Below are positions 62,317 to 64,000 of a DNA stretch of 64,000 bases, in pieces. The stretch is from an uncultured cyanobacterium. GTDB taxonomy: Bacteria > Cyanobacteriota > Cyanobacteriia > Cyanobacteriales > Nostocaceae. How positions within the stretch are numbered: the first letter of the stretch is position 1; the number at the start of each line of letters is the position of its first letter. The translations under genes and the position numbers were made by a program. The notes under the pieces are model-generated. The model did not search any database, was not told the DNA's origin, and worked only from the letters and a program-made list of their open reading frames with translations. The stretch is taken from the NCBI GenBank assembly GCA_963740315.1, contig CAVUDP010000003.1, positions 480,001 to 544,000 on the forward strand, read 5' to 3'.

Positions 62317-63726
62317 TTAATTAGATTTAATTACAGGTACTACCCGACGTTGAAAAGGTAATTCTAAATAATCGCTAAGTTCTTTAACTAGCCAATCTAA
62401 TTCTGGTTGAGTTATTCCGGTCAATTTATATGATTTATTTCCAGCCCAAATAATCACTGCTGGTGCAAATTCTTTATATGAAATATGACCTTTGGAACTT
62501 TCTTGTCCTTGGAAAAAAGAATCAGTATATTCTAATTTAATTATATTTTCGCGAGGAGATGGTTTATTTTTACGGTATTTTATACCAAAAAGTTCATAGC
62601 ACAAAGAAATTGTCTTTTGGTTTATAAATAATCGAGTTTTCCCAAACATCTCAAATATAAAATCTACCCATAGAACAGCGCCGAAGGATAAAATTGTTAA
62701 CGAAATAAGCCAGCCGACCAACGGAAAGTTTCTAAAAACCATGAGTAAACATAGTCCAAAAAAAGTAGAAAAGAGATTATTTACTAATTTTGCTAACGAA
62801 TTAAAAACCCATCCTGTTCCTGGTTTGATAATTTCTATTTTCTCAGCAGTTTTCTTTAAGGAAACTTTGCTATCAGCTGGTTTAATCGCGAAATAATTAC
62901 CGACACTAATATTCATCTGTTCGGGATTTTGCAAAGCTTCTAAAGCTACTTGAGCCGAATTAAACCGTTTTTCTTGACTCGGTTCCAATACCTTTTTCAA
63001 CCAACTAGTAAAATGCCGACTTAACTGCGTTTTATCTTCAAACTGAATTTGTAAATTTTTTTGAGGTAAATCTGCTGGATGCATTCCAGTTGTCAGATAA
63101 ATTAAAGTTGCTCCCAGACTATATAAGTCGGAAGTAGTCACAGCACGTCCACCGAAATGTTCTGGTGACATATAACCGTAAGTGCCGACAACAGTCAAAG
63201 TACCATTTTCCACAACGGTAATATTCTGTACCGAACCGAAATCTACTAAATACACTTCACCAACGCTATTTCCAGAACGGTTTGTCAGTAAAATATTGCT
63301 GGGTTTGATATCTCGGTGAATAATTGCAGGTTTGCGATCGTGTAAATGAATTAAGATATTTAAAATCTTTTCGGCTATTTCTTTTAACTCTGCTTCGTCG
63401 AAAGTGCGTCCATTTGAAACTTGTTCTTCTAAAGATTTAGCATCAATATAGCTTTGAACTAAAGCAAAACCCTTACTTTCAGGTGAATCAACGTCAAAGT
63501 AATCGAGATATTCCGGAATTGCAGGATGAGAGAGATTTTGTAAGATTAGCGCTTCTCGTTCAAACAGTTTTAAGCTATCCCATTCAAAATCGCGATCGAG
63601 CTTCAGCAATTTGACGACGACTAAATCTTGAGTTTCTTCGTCTAACGCTAAATACGTATATCTTCCAGGTTTTTTGCCAAGTTGCTCTTGAATAGAGTAA
63701 CGCGAACCTAATATGTCACTTTTCAT
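62317..63726 (-). CDS. Ser/Thr protein kinase with two TMs and C-terminal domain
   Basis: KLFEREA, HRDIKPSN, DFGSVQ, GTYGYMSPE, SDLYSLG. Confidence 0.92.
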   Translation of the reverse strand: MKSDILGSRYSIQEQLGKKPGRYTYLALDEETQDLVVVKLLKLDRDFEWDSLKLFEREALILQNLSHPAIPEYLDYFDVDSPESKGFALVQSYIDAKSLEEQVSNGRTFDEAELKEIAEKILNILIHLHDRKPAIIHRDIKPSNILLTNRSGNSVGEVYLVDFGSVQNITVVENGTLTVVGTYGYMSPEHFGGRAVTTSDLYSLGATLIYLTTGMHPADLPQKNLQIQFEDKTQLSRHFTSWLKKVLEPSQEKRFNSAQVALEALQNPEQMNISVGNYFAIKPADSKVSLKKTAEKIEIIKPGTGWVFNSLAKLVNNLFSTFFGLCLLMVFRNFPLVGWLISLTILSFGAVLWVDFIFEMFGKTRLFINQKTISLCYELFGIKYRKNKPSPRENIIKLEYTDSFFQGQESSKGHISYKEFAPAVIIWAGNKSYKLTGITQPELDWLVKELSDYLELPFQRRVVPVIKSN

Positions 63727-63854
63727 ATTTATTTATACAGATCCACAGTCTTTAACCCTGCTTCTAATTTTACCTCGTTCAGAAAAAGTGTGGATTGTTA
63801 CAGCACAAGCCTTTTAACGGAATGTGGTTTAGAAAACTATTCAGTATTCATTGA

Positions 63855-64000
63855 TTAATTTGATTTAACTAAAGGTATTATTCGATGTTGAACGGGTAAT
63901 TCTAAAAATTCGCTAAGTTCTTTTAATAGCCAATCCAGTTCGGGTGGAGTCATTCCGATAAGTTGATATTGTTCGTTCCCCGCCCAAATAACGATTATTT
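63855..64000 (-). CDS. 3' end of a paralogous gene (partial, probably a second kinase)
   Basis: Reads ...IVIWAGNEQYQLIGMTPPELDWLLKELSEFLELPVQHRIIPLVKSN*, closely matching the C-terminus of 62317..63726. Confidence 0.85.
   Translation of the reverse strand, partial: IIVIWAGNEQYQLIGMTPPELDWLLKELSEFLELPVQHRIIPLVKSN

Overview
This is a chromosomal window from a low-GC, filamentous, probably heterocyst-forming cyanobacterium (Nostocales-like; inferred from about 30 HIP1 GCGATCGC octamers counted by eye, abundant 7- and 8-mer STRR arrays, an HCP gene, tocopherol cyclase and a DevBCA-type exporter). Most of it is housekeeping: mutS2, pepA, metG, lptC, dacB, plsX-fabH-fabD-plsC, tRNA-Arg(CCT), vte1 and iscS. 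Accessory patches include a decayed toxin-antitoxin/REP patch (7-9 kb), an orphan Lhr/SngC-like helicase, three MscS genes, and a TetR-RHH regulator divergent from devBCA. I saw no CRISPR array, transposase or prophage. The strongest candidate for an undescribed system lies at 47.5-54.6 kb: a MetOD1/V4R-like Cys sensor plus an orphan PAS histidine kinase, transcribed divergently from a CsdA/SufS-type PLP enzyme, a Tat-type molybdopterin sulfite oxidase and a TauE exporter. Other leads are a nested, multi-stem structured RNA candidate at 30.75-31.06 kb and a set of nested REP/REPIN/STRR micro-elements that invade coding sequence and supply stop codons. All family calls are from motif recognition by eye; no database search was run.
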